A stretch of DNA of 64,000 nt from the human T2T-CHM13v2.0 reference genome, Homo sapiens. Of this stretch, positions 1-18,706 are shown in pieces (positions within the stretch are counted from its first letter, which is position 1; each line of letters opens with the position of its first letter). Where the stretch lies: NCBI RefSeq assembly GCF_009914755.1, contig NC_060927.1; one strand, given 5' to 3'. Under the pieces are notes generated by a model that had not been told where the DNA came from, searched no databases, and worked only from the letters and a program-made list of their open reading frames with translations. A program made the translations under genes and the position numbers.

Positions 1-2150
<2,150 letters not shown>

Positions 2151-4447
2151 ATTCCATTGCTGTTACTGCATGCTTTTTCTCTATTCTATCTCTTTGCTCC
2201 TCCCAGGAGAGGAGATTTCCTCCTGAGCAAAGGAGGTGTGTGGGTTGGGAAGGGAAAGCAAAGTAAAGGGATAGAAAACAAAAAAGAAGATATAAATGCA
2301 GCAAAAAGTAAAAACAGAAGAGTCAAAGAATGAACACTAACAGGAGAAGAAAAGCAAGAATGAGAAAGATAGGAATGCTATTCATCTTTCTGGCTTTCTC
2401 ATCTCTTTTCTTCTCTGTTGATAACATAAAAGTGTGAAGAGGCTGATTTCTTTTTCAGCAAAAGCCTTCATGGAAAACACTGGTGACTGTTTTGTTTTCA
2501 ATGGCTATATGCACAATGCAAGGTTGAAGAAGGAGAAATAAATTTTCTGTAAAGAAAAACAAAAATCAGTCCTGGAGTGGGAGGTGCATGCTGAGAGATG
2601 TAAATTCAATTAATCATCACTTTTGATAAAATCCAAGTCTTCTTGCACAATAATGGGTGCTGGCCTAGAATGTTACTTCCTCTTCTGTCTTTGAGGAGAG
2701 AAAAATCTGATTTCCAAAGAAAGAGAAATTCATCATCTCTCCTGGGTCACCTTCAACAACCACAGAGCTGGTTTTCTGAAGTGATGTGTCATAAAGTCAC
2801 AGTACCCTTGAAGGTAACCGGAAATCATTGTTTTCACAGGGAAAAAGGCAACCGGAAGTTACAACTTCCACTGGAGAATATAATCATATCCTCTTGCCAA
2901 TGTGGCTGGAACATTCCCTGACCACTGTAGCTTTTTGATACTGTCAGTGAAGGAAATAGTGATTATAAATCTTGATGAAAGATTACAGGAGTCATTTCAG
3001 CCTTAGAGAATTGCAATATGTTCAAGTGTTTAACATAATCTTAAAATGTAATAGGAACTGTTGTCTAATTTAATCTTCAGTCTTTAGCTGTCAACACAGA
3101 TGCATTAAGTTGGTAAATGGCAAAGGGAAAAATAAAGAAGTGGTTGTGCACAGACGAAAGGATACTTTCATTTCCCTTAGAGCTTGGTTTAGTCAACAGT
3201 TCCAAACAGTCACACAGCAGTCTGTTTGTATGAAATTTTGCCAGAGGGAATTAAGCTGAAAAAGAGTATTTTCCCTTCAGAACTTACGAGTTTCCAACTG
3301 GGACATTTTGCATAATAGATTCACTTTTCTATTGTGAACATGTGATCTACTTATGAAATGCTTCAACAAATGAAAGCAACAACAGAAAAGGCAGGACACA
3401 TCCAGTATTATCAAGCTTCAATTGCTCTAAAAATTTTTCTGCAAACTCTCCCTCTTTGTTCCTTACTCTCCTCATAGCCTTCCTCTTTTCTGTCCCACCA
3501 AACCCCAAACTAACAAGTAGCAGAGGCATTTTGAGGTTGAGCCATAAAAAATAATCACTATGACACACATGGTTCCAGGCCTGCTTTCACCTTCCATCAA
3601 AGCTTTGTCTCAACAACAGCTCTTTTCCAGCCTGGAATCTTGCCTTAAATTTTCGTGTCTTTTCCTCCCCAGAAGGACAGGATGTTAATGAATCACGGTC
3701 TACTAGGAAAAGCTTTTACCTAGGCTGAGGAATGGGCTTTCAAAGAAAAACCAATAATCTCCATCAAGTCCTGGAAGCAAACTAACATTGGGTCTCCCCT
3801 CACCATTCTAACAAAGCTGTGCTCTGTCTTCATTGCTCTCTTTCTCTCTTTCTTTCTCTAATACACATGTACTCATGCACACATACCTTGTCTTTTGAGT
3901 GAAAGTCTCTCTCTTTGTGACACACAAACACACATCCACACCCAAACACCGAAACACATACCCATTGTCTATTGAGAGAAAGCCTTTGGGCTTTATTGAT
4001 AATTTTGACTCTGGAAATTAAGTAACTGTATCATTTTGGCAGGGACACTCGTGGGAGTTGAAGGTCAATATGCAGCTGGCTGCATCTTACAAATTGTTTC
4101 AGTAATTTTTGTTATCTCTTCCTGGAGCAGAATCTAGCTGAATACATTAGATGTAAGAACAAAGCCCAGCAGCCACAGAATTTGAATAATCACTTCCGGG
4201 GTAAACCACTCATGTCTCAGAAACCAGTTGGTGATAGACAAGATATGGAAGCCATGGAAAACCCATAAATCATTGACCAATGATGCCCGAAGAAAGGGCT
4301 TGGGATAAAATGTCAGCATGGGAAGAATAGAGCCATTTATACCATCTTTAATTACACTACAACTTAAATTATATTCAATGACATTACTTCATCTAGAGAG
4401 AAATACTAGATTCCCACAGATTTTGCTGTTTTTAAAAATCCACACCT

Positions 4448-5097
<650 letters not shown>

Positions 5098-5657
5098 TTA
5101 TATTTCCCCCAACATCTTTGTGGCTCAAAAGAAGTAGCTATTCTAGGCTTTTCATTGGGCTATGCAAAATTGTATGTGTGTGTGTGTTTATATATATAAA
5201 AAATACAGTTTTATGTATGTATATATAATAACATATATAGTATATGATATTATGTATTATACATTAATATAAATATACTTATAAACATAAGTAAACATGC
5301 TTATAAATATACTTATAAATAAACATTTATATTTTTGCAGAAGAAATTTAGAGTATTGATGACATAGTAGCTTTTAATACATTTAATCTAAGCACATGAT
5401 AAATATATATTTGAAATTTGGTGCATAATAAGTAATGCTGCTAAGAAAGTGAGAAACCTTTTTTTTCAACATTATTATGCTTACTAGCAAGAACATCACA
5501 TCACGTGACTGCTTCCAAAAGTAAGCTAGCTTTTCAATGAGGAGATTCGTGCTCACTTTGGAGCAAGCTTGTGTCATTTTCAAACTGTTAAATAAACCAT
5601 GTTTGAATGATAATCCTATCAAAATAATTGTAGACTAGTGTCCACTCATGTAAAATG

Positions 5658-5950
5658 TTGTTTTTGTTGTTGTTGTTTGTTTTTTGAGATGGAGTCTCAC
5701 TCTGTCACCCAGGCTGACCTCGACTCACAGCAACCTCTGCCTCCAGGGTTCAAGTGATTCTTCTGCCTCAGCCTCCCGAGTAGCTGGGACTACAGGTGAG
5801 CACCACCACACCTGGCTAATTTTTGTATTTCTAGTAGAGATAGGGTTTCACCACATTGGCCAGGCTGGTCTCGAACTCCTGACCTCGTGATCCACCTACC
5901 TTGGCCTCCCAAATTGCTGGGATTACAGGCGTGAGCCACCATGCCCGGCC
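5658..5950 (-). mobile_element. AluS
   Basis: Alu consensus; TSD AAAATGTT. Confidence 0.92.
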
Positions 5951-6838
5951 AAAATGTTCACTTTTTAATAGTGCCATCTTTTTGTTGTTTGAGATTTCCA
6001 CTTCTCTGAGGGTTTCTTACATGTTCTTATCCTTGGGGAACACCTCAGGGAAGAAAAACAGTTCAGGAAGTTAGGCAGGAGGATAAAGAAGGGATATGTT
6101 GCCCAGAATGGTCTCCAAATCCTGGCCTCAAACAATCCTCCTGCCTTGGTCTCTCAAGGTGCTAGAATTACAAGTGTGAGCCACTGTGTCTGGCCCCTTG
6201 TTACTTTCTTGTCACTAGATACTTGCTTTCCTGGCTTCCCTTGCTGTTAGAGAAGCCAAGTGGTCAAGTTCTGGTCAGCAAGATATGAGGAAAAATCTGC
6301 TGGGGGATCCTAGGAAAGTTTTTGCTCTTCTTGCTTTAAGCTGCCACAGTCTCTGTTGTTGTCTTTTTGCTGTTGTGTCACTTGCACAACAAAAGTGAGG
6401 TGCATATGACTAATGGCAAGACAAAACGTGATCTATTAAGAGGAAAAGAAAGGTAGTCAAACACTGTGCAACTTGCCTGGCATAATAGGAACCAAAAAGA
6501 GCCTGAGGGAAATCTCACAACATTTTTATTTGATATGCTTTTGAGAGTAAAATAAGACTGGAGAAAAGAGCCTTCAAAATATTCCACCTTACCAATAGCA
6601 CAATCTGGGAAGTTAGCCAGATAATTTAAAAGCAAAACCAAAAATTAGACTGCAGTAGAGATGCAGTACAATCAGTCCACTATTCAGAAAGTTGCTTAGA
6701 AGGGAACAGGAGAAAAAGGGAAAAGAAAGCAGGAAAGGAGGGAGTAAGGGAAGAAGAAAGAAAGAAACCATGTTTGTCCCATCACAAGCACTAAAATAGA
6801 TACCTGTTGCTAGGTAGATGTCGGGGCTTCACCCATAG

Positions 6839-7782
<944 letters not shown>

Positions 7783-7961
7783 ATAGCCTCTGACAATAGC
7801 CTCTTGAGTTCCTTTTGGTGCACACCACATATTTTATGCACACTGGCTCCCAGGTGATTTCACTCACAACAGTCCAAACCTGAGTGTCTTTATCAGATGA
7901 TTGTCGTCAGGTTACCGAAGCTACTTTGGCCTGTGTGTATGAAGGGCCAGAAGATTCTGGG

Positions 7962-8270
7962 GGCCAGAAGTGGTGGCTCATGCCTGTAATCCCAGCACTT
8001 TCAGAAGCCGAGGTGGGAGGATCACTTGAGCTTGGGAGTTTGAGACTAGCCTGGGCAAAAAGGTGAGACCCCCATCTCTACAAAAAGTGCAAAAATTAGC
8101 CAGGTATGGTGGTATGTGCCTGTAGTCCTAGCTACTAGGGAGGCTGAGGTGGGAGGATTGCTTGAGCCAGGGAGGTTGAGGCTGCAGTGAGCCAAGATCA
8201 CACCACTGCACTACATCCTGGGCGACAGAGTGAGACTCGATCTCAAAAAAAGAAAACAAAGAAACAAACA
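7962..8270 (+). mobile_element. AluJ
   Basis: GGAGGATTGCTTGAGCC and GGCTGCAGTGAGC (AluJ-type positions). Confidence 0.88.
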
Positions 8271-10201
8271 AAAAACTCATCCCCCCCAACACAACAAAAC
8301 AAAAATAAGCAAACAAGAAAACCCCCCAAAACTCAGGAGATTCTGGGCATTTACACATTTGTGAGATGGCCTTTAACCATTGATTTATAGACACAAGAGT
8401 ATAAATACATCAACTTCGCCTCTGTTTGAAACAACTACCTTTTCCAGAGCTACCCAGCAGGTTTGAGGCAGTCCCATGGTGGCTTTGTACTTGATACTGT
8501 GCTTGCCTCTTTGTGCTTGAGCCTGGGAGGTCGACCTCCCTCTTGAATCAAGAGGGCAGTATCAACCACAAAATGGTTCCTTTGGTTCCCATCCAACTTC
8601 CTTTTTTCTTATTGTTTCTTCTCAGAAACGTTTTCTAATAAAGTACTTTAGCATGAATCTTGGTCTCTGGGTCTGCTTCTGGTGACCTATATCTAAAACT
8701 CCTTTTCTCCAGACTGTAAATAAAATTACTCACCCAAGGCAAGTCATGCATAAAAGCAAAAGAAGTTAAGCAGACAGTGAATCAAAAAGAAAATGAGAAG
8801 GGGTTTGCCAAAAGCCAAAAACATGAACCATAACTCTTTGGGCTGCCCACTCTGGCCTGATTGTTGATAGAGTGAAGCAGTAATATTTCCCACAGAAGTA
8901 TGCAATGAATCTGATATCCTGCTAAACACCAAGGCATTTGCAATACTTGAATAGGAAATCTAATATTGCTTATAGTTAGTTAGAAGGGTCAACAAATGAA
9001 GAAGAGCAGAATTGCTAATGCAGCCCAGCTGGCAAGGGTTCCAAAGCCTGGCCTTAGACCTATTCCTTCTGTGGGGACACACACAGGAAAAGCTGAGCTC
9101 TATATCTTCACGAATTTTCCCATTCCATGTGGGTGACTTGATGCAAGGCTGAATTAAGGAGAAGTTTGGTGTCTTTCTTGTTAAGGAACTAGTCTCCAGT
9201 GATCTCAGGCTTCATCTTCATAACGACAAGAAATCCAGACCATGGGTCAGACAACCTAGTGATTCATGTGTCTTAATGACTGACCCTGCTGGCTGCATGG
9301 TGGGTAATTTTAGCTGGAAAATACCAGGTCAGTCATCATAGAGCCAGCATGGTTACATCAAACAACCAAAGGATCAGTCTCTGAGGCCCTGGAAAGACTG
9401 GATTTGAAGTAAATACAGAAACTTTTTTTCATTTCCATTTTTAACTAAATAAAAAATTTGAGAACAAACAGGGCAAGAGAGAAAAGAAATCATATTTACA
9501 ACATGAAAATTAATGTGACTTACAGGTTTATTGCTAATTACTCTCAAAAGAAAATATTCTGCTTCCTTGACAAAAAACAAAACCTTCTAGAAAATTTTAA
9601 CCCCAAAGTGAACAATAACACCTTTAGTGACTCAAAATGCTAATTGACTAGGTATCACCTGAATTCAACAGACATGCCTAAATTCATTGCTATTCTCATT
9701 ACTAACATAGAAAACATATTTAGGATTTAAAAAATGAGTAGAATTATTCAATAGGAAAGAGATGAACTATGGACCTTTGTGCATGGTTTTATCAAGTGTA
9801 CTTTTCTACATGACAGTCTCTGATCAGTCCACATGATAAATTAATTTCAAAGTAGGCCATATTAAGGAGATAAGATCAAGTTGAGTACGGTCAAAAGATT
9901 ACTTTTATAGCCATAATAAGTCACTTTACTTTTTATATTCTTATTTTACATGGAAGTATAAATTACATACAGTAAAATGCATAAATCTTAAGCTTGCAGT
10001 TTGATGAGTTTTGACAAATATATACATGTGGTTGGGCACAGTGGCTCACACCTGTAATCCCAGCACTTTGGGAGGCCAAGGCGGGCAGATCACCTGAGGT
10101 CAGGAGTTGGAGACCAGCCTGGCCAACATGCTGAAACCTTGTCTCTACTAAAAATACAAAAATTAGCCGAGCATGATGGTGCATGCCTGTAATCCCATCT
10201 A

Positions 10202-10309
<108 letters not shown>

Positions 10310-10422
10310 TCAAATACAAGACAAAACAAAACAAAACAAAAAAAACATAAAAAGCAGAAAACAAAAACAAAAAAACAAATATATACATTCACGTAACCAA
10401 TATCCAATGCCCAGTATCATGA

Positions 10423-10781
<359 letters not shown>

Positions 10782-11104
10782 TGAACTCCTGATCTCGTGA
10801 TCCACCAGCCTCAGCCTCCCAGAGTGCTGGGATTACAGGCGTGAGCCACCATGCCTGGCCAGTGTCTGTCTTTTCTGCTCAGCATAATATCATTGACATT
10901 CATCACACTGTTTTGTATATCACTAATTTGTTTTTATTGCTCAGTTGTATTATTCAGTTGTATAAATGTGTTATAGTTTGTTTATATATTCACTTAATGG
11001 AAATTTGGGTTGTTTCTTGGTTATTATGAACATGCTTATACAGGTGTTTCTGTGGACATGTTTTCATTTTTCTTGGGTAACATTTATTTATTTTTCGAGG
11101 CAGG

Positions 11105-11536
11105 TGTCAGGCCTCTGAGCCCAAGCTAAGCCATCATATCCCCTGTGATCTGCACCTACACATCCAGATGGCCTGAAGTAAGTGAAGATCCACAAAAGAA
11201 GTGAAAATAGCCTTAACTGATGGCATTCCACCATTGTGATTTGTTTCTGCCTCACCCTAACTGATCAATGTACTTTGAAATCTCCCGCACCCTTAAGAAG
11301 GTTCTTTGTAATTCTCCCCACCCTTGAGAATGTACTTTGTGAGATCCACCCTCTGCCCGCAAAACATTGCTCTTAACTCCACCGCCTATCCCAAAACCTA
11401 TAAGAGCTAATGATAATCCACCACCCTTTGCTGACTCCTTTTTCGGACTCAGCCCACCTGCACCCGGGTGAAATAAACAGCCTTGCTGCTCACACAAATC
11501 CTGTTTGGTGGTCTCTTCACACGGACGCTTGAGACA
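11105..11536 (+). promoter_or_regulatory. HERV-H 5' LTR (LTR7 family, type II repeats, LTR7B/C-like)
   Basis: Starts TGTCAGGCCTCTGAGCCCAAGCTAAGCC; has TATA-like CCTATAA at about 11397 and AATAAA at about 11472; ends GAGACA before the PBS. Confidence 0.93.
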
Positions 11537-11538
11537 TT

Positions 11539-11556
11539 TGGTGCTGAAGACCCAGG
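11539..11556 (+). other. Primer binding site, tRNA-Phe-like
   Basis: TGGTGCTGAAGACCCAGG versus Phe PBS TGGTGCCGAAACCCGGGA: 2 CpG-type transitions and 1 insertion. It matches His PBS TGGTGCCGTGACTCGGAT less well. Confidence 0.75.
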
Positions 11557-11677
11557 TCAGAGGGACTCCTTCGGGAGACCAGTCCCCTGTCCTCGCCCTC
11601 ATTCCGTGAGGAGATCCACCTACAACCTCAGGTCCTCAGACCAACCAGCCCAAGGAACATTTCACCAGTTTCCAATC

Positions 11678-11686
11678 GGGTAAGCG
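11678..11686 (+). promoter_or_regulatory. HERV-H major splice donor GG|GTAAGC
   Basis: Consensus donor about 140 nt after the 5' LTR, where HERV-H chimeric transcripts usually splice. Confidence 0.75.
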
Positions 11687-12066
11687 GTCTTTTCACTCTC
11701 TTCTCCAGCCTCTCTCGCTCCCTTCAATCCCCCTATCCTTCCAATTCCAGTTCTTTTTCCTCTCTAGTAGAGACAAAGGAGACACATTTTATCCGTGGAC
11801 CCAAAACTCCAGTGCCCCTCACGGACTCGGGAAGACAGCCTTCCCTTGGTGTTTAATCATTGCGGGGACGCCTGCCTTTCACCCACATTCCATTGGTGTC
11901 TGACCACCACAGGGACGCCTGCCTTGGTCATTCACCCACATTCCCTTGGTGGCAAGTCAATTGCTGGATGCCTGCTTTGGCTGCTCACCCACGTTGCAGC
12001 CCAGGGCTTCTCCCCACCCCCCTTCTCCGTGTCTCTACCCTTCTCTTTAAACTTGCCTCCTTCACT

Positions 12067-12397
12067 GTGGGCAACCTTCCACCCTCCATTCCTCCTCCTT
12101 CTCCCTTAGCCTGTGTTCTCAAGAACTTAAAACCTCTTCAACTCTCGCCTGACCTAAAATCTAAGTGTCTTATTTTTTTCTGCAACACTGCTTGGCCCCA
12201 ATACAAACTCGACAATGGTTCTAAATGGCCAGAAAATGGCACTTTTGATTTCTCCATCCTATGAGACCTAGATAATTTTTGTCGAAAAATGGGCAAATGG
12301 TCTGAGGTGCCTGATGTCCAAGCATTTTTTACACATTGGTCCCTCCCTAGTCTCTGCTCCCAGTGTGACTCATCCCAAATCTTTCTTCTTTCTCTTC
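12067..12397 (+). pseudogene. gag: HERV-H gag remnant (matrix region)
   Basis: (V)GNLPPSIPPPSPLACVLKNLK...LIFFCNTAWPQYKLDNGSKWPENGTFDF. Start codon ATG>GTG, stop at 12262-12264, truncated by a deletion. Confidence 0.88.
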
Positions 12398-14358
12398 TTA
12401 TCAACCAAATTGTTTTGCCTATCCACCCAGTGGTGCCCCACCCATACACTCTTTTGTCCTCAATACCTTCCTCCACAACTCACTATTCCGTTCCTGATCT
12501 TAAAGATGCTTTTTTCACTATTCCCCTACACCCCTCGTCCCAGCCTCTCTTTCTTTTACCTGGACTGACCCTGACACCCATCAGTCCCAGCAGCTTACCT
12601 GGGCTGTACTGCCGCAAGGCTTCATGGACAGCTCCCATGACTTCAGTCAAGCCCAAATTTCTTCCTCATCCATTACCTATCTCGGCATAATTCTTCATGA
12701 AAACACACATGCTCTCCCTGCTGACTGTGTCCTGCTAATCTCCCAAACCCCAACCCCTTCTACAAAACAACAACTCCTTTCCTTCCTATGCATGGTTAGG
12801 TACTTCCGCCTTTGGATACCTAGTTTTACCATCCTGACTAAACCATTATGTAAACTCACAAAAGCAAACCTAGCTGACTCCATAGATCCTAAATCCTTTC
12901 ACCACTCCTCTTTCTGTTCCTTAAAAACAGCCCTAGAAGCTGCTCCCACACTAGCTCTCCCTAATTCATCCCAACCCTTTTCATTACATACAGCCAAAGT
13001 ACAGGGCTGTGCGGTCAAAATTCTTACACAGGAGCCAGGACCGCACCCTGTAGCCTTTTTGTCCAAACAACTTGACCTTACTGTTTTAGGCTAGCCGCCA
13101 CATTATTCTTGATGCCATATCTGACTCCCATGACTATCTCTCTGATCCACCTGACATTCACTCCATTTCCCCATATTTCCTTCTTTACTGTTCCTCACCC
13201 TGATCACACTTGCTTTATTGATGGCAGTTCCACCAGGCCTAATCGCCACTCACCAGCAAAGGCAGGCTATGCTATAGTATCTTCTACATCTATCATTGAG
13301 GCTACTACTCTGCCCCACTTCACTACCTCTTAGCAAGCCTAACTCATTGCCTTCACTTGAGCCCTCACTCTTGCAAAGGAATTATACGTTAATATTTATA
13401 CTGGCTCTAAATATGCCTTCCATATCCTGCACCAACATGCTGTTATATGGGCTGAAAGAGGTTTCCTCACTATGCAAGTGTCCTCCATCATTAATGCCTC
13501 TTTAATAAAAACTCTTCTCAAGGCTGCTTTACTTCCAAAGGAAGCTTGAGTCATATAGTGCAATGGCCACCAAAAGGCATCAGATTCCATAGCTCAGGGC
13601 AATGCTTATGCTGGTAAGGTAGCTAAGGAAGCAGCTAGCATTCCAACTTCTGTCCCTCACGTCCGGTTTTTCTCCTGCTCATCGGTCACTCCCACCTACT
13701 CCCCCACTGAAACTGCCACCTATCAATCTCTTCCCACAAAAGGCAAATGGATCTTAGACCAAGGAAAATATCTCCTTCCAGCCTCACAGGCCCATTCTAT
13801 TCTGTCATCATTTCATAACCTCTTCCATGTAGGTTACAAGCCACTAGCCCACCTCTTAAAACTCTCATTTCCTTTCCATCGTGGAAATCTATCCTCAAGG
13901 AAATCACTTCTCAAGTGTTCCATCTGCTATTCTACTACCCCTCAGGGATTGTTCAGGCCCCCTCCCTTTCCTACACATCAAGCTTGGGGATTTGCCCCTG
14001 CCCAGGACTGGCAAGTTGACTCTACTCCCATGCCTCGAGTCAAGAAACGAAAATACCTCTTGGTCTGGGTAGACACTTTCACTGGATGGGTAGAGGCCTT
14101 TCCCGCAGGGTCTGAGAAGGCCACTGTGGTTATTTCTTCCCTTCTGTCAGACATAATTCCTCAGTTTGGCCTTCCCACCTCTGTACAGTCCAATAATGGA
14201 CCGGCCTTTACTAGTCAAATCACCCAAGCAATTTCTCAGGCTCTTGGTATTCAGTGAAACCTTCATACCCCTTACTGTCATCAGTCTTCAGGAAAGGTAG
14301 AACGGACTAATGATCTTTTAAAAACACACCTCACCAAGCTCAGCCTCCAACTTAACAA
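12398..14358 (+). pseudogene. pol: HERV-H pol remnant (partial RT, RNase H, integrase)
   Basis: [11 protein letters not shown] (RT), FIDGSS (RNase H), DWQVD..LLVWVDTFTGWVEAFP..SNNGPAF (IN). The YxDD segment is deleted near 12650, and there are multiple stops and frameshifts. Confidence 0.93.
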
Positions 14359-14789
14359 AAAGGACTCTGTCAAGGATAGAGCCCAAAAACTCACCAACCA
14401 AGCAAGTAATTACGCTGAACCCCCTTGGGCACTCTGTAGTTGGATGTCCTGGGTCCTCCCAATTCTTAGTCCTTTAATACATGTTTTTCTCCTTCTCTTA
14501 TTCAGACCTTATGTCTTCCATTTAGTTTCTCAATTCATCCTAAACGGTATCCAGGCCATCACCAATCATTCTATATGACAAATGTTTCTTCTAACAACCC
14601 CACAATATCACCCCTTACCCCAAAATCTCCCTTTAGCTTAGTCTCTCCCACTCTAGGTTCCCATGCCACCCCTAATCCCGCTTGAAGCAACCCTGGGAAA
14701 TATCGCCCATTATCTCTCCATACCACCCCCCAAAATTTTTACCACCCCAACACTTTACCACTATTTCATTTTATTTTTCTTATTAATAT
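14359..14789 (+). pseudogene. env: HERV-H env 3' (TM) remnant and 3' UTR
   Basis: KDRAQKLTNQASNYAEPPWAL..WMSWVLPILSPL-like TM end, followed by the PPT AAGAAGACAGGAA at 14790-14802. Confidence 0.8.
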
Positions 14790-14802
14790 AAGAAGACAGG
14801 AA

Positions 14803-15554
<752 letters not shown>

Positions 15555-15781
15555 TAATATTTAGAAGTAGAATTTTGGGTCATAGGATAAGTGTAGCCTT
15601 TATTTCTAAGAAAATTCTAAACAGTTTTCCCAAGTGGTTGGACCATTTCGATTTCTACCAGCAACATAAGAAGGTTCCAGTTGCTCCATATCCTTTCCGA
15701 CTGTTGATATTGTCAGTCTTTCCAAATTTAGCTATAGGATGGGTCACTATAGGTAGAAATAGTTTGAAATAACAAAGTAGG

Positions 15782-16385
15782 GGCCAGATGTGGTGGCTTA
15801 TGCCTGTAATCCCACCACTTTGGGAGGCTGAGGCTGGTGGATCATGAGGCCAGGAGTTCAAGACCAGCCTGGCCAAGATGGTAAAGCCCCGTCTCTACTA
15901 AAAATACAAAAATTAGCTGGGTGTGGTGGCACACACCTGTAATCCCAGCTACTCTGGAGGCTGAGGCAGAAAATTGCTTGAACCTGGGAGACGGAGGTTG
16001 CAGTGAGCTGAGATCGTGCCACTGCACTCCAGCCTGGGTGACAGAGAGAGACTCCACTTCAAAAAAAAAAAAAAAAAAAAAATAACAAAGTAGACTCAAA
16101 TCTCATTCTAGTTGGCAGTTTATTCTTACCTGTTTGTAATTTATTCTGATGTCTTCTCGTTTACACTAATTACTTGATCTCTGGTCCACCAAGAGTAAGC
16201 TGCTTCAATGGGCCATGGAATGTCCTGTTCCAAAACAGACGAAATAAATGTTTTTTTTTTTTTTTAATTCCTCTTGTCAAATTGTTTGAACCTGGGAGGC
16301 AGAGGTTGCAGTGAGCCAAGATCGCATCACTGCACTCCAGCCTGGACGACGGGTGAGACTCCATCTCAATAAAAAGAAAAAAAAA
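15782..16385 (+). mobile_element. AluS (15782-16082) and a 5'-truncated Alu (16279-16385)
   Basis: TSDs AAATAACAAAGTAG and AATTCCTCTTGTC. Confidence 0.9.
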
Positions 16386-17193
16386 TTCCTCTTGTCTTAT
16401 ATCATTTCTACCTCTTCCTTCCTTCATTAGCACTGAAACAGAAGTAGTGTCAGGTTGTTTTATTGAGCACAAATTCTCATATTAGCACCTTGCCTCAAAA
16501 ACAAGAAAATGCTTTAATGAATGAAGTAATTTTCAAGTGCTATCCTCAAGAATTATAATGTGAGAAAAAGTGGTTTCAATAACCCATTCTCACTGAGATA
16601 AAACTTAAGCAATCATAATTTTTTCATATTTAAGCCACATAGAATGGGTCCCATTAAATGGAAGTCACCTCAAAATAAATTCTAAAATTTTAACTGTTCA
16701 TCACCTAAACAAGTTTATTGGGCATGGTTGATTGGCAGAGTCATTAGGGGCTTCATGTTGTGAAGAATTCATCTGTTTGTGGTAAAAACAATATAATGGG
16801 GTGTAAGATTATATACATGGCTCTGGACAACTCAAGTTCAAATTTTGATTCCACTCCTACCAGCCAGATGACCTTGGGCAAGCTGTTAAAGCTCTTTCTT
16901 CCTTAGTTTACTCATATATAAAAGAGAGATAATACCATCTACATCCTAGAGATTATGAGGAATAAAATAGTAAAGATATAATACAATGTTTAGAATTGTG
17001 TCAGGCACATTCTACACAAATAGATACATAAATGCACTATTACTATTTATTTGACAAGTATTTACTGAATGCCTTTGATGTACATTGCACATTTTTGTTT
17101 GTTTGTTTGTTTTTTAGACAGGGTATCACTCTGTCACCCAGGCGTGATCACAGTTCACTACAGCCTCAACCTACCAGACTCAAGTGATCCTCC

Positions 17194-18520
<1,327 letters not shown>

Positions 18521-18580
18521 CTCCCACCTCAACCTCTGGAGCAGTTGGGACCACAGGCGTGCACCACCATGCCTGGCTAA

Positions 18581-18706
<126 letters not shown>

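Noticed and set aside
5170-5335. AT-rich quasi-repeats, and short duplications at 1280-1335, 18739-18775 and 52101-52150
   Set aside because: Ordinary low-complexity or slippage products.
11860-14257. Coding-competent HERV-H gag/pol
   Set aside because: Gag start is mutated, the RT catalytic motif is deleted, and there are many stops.
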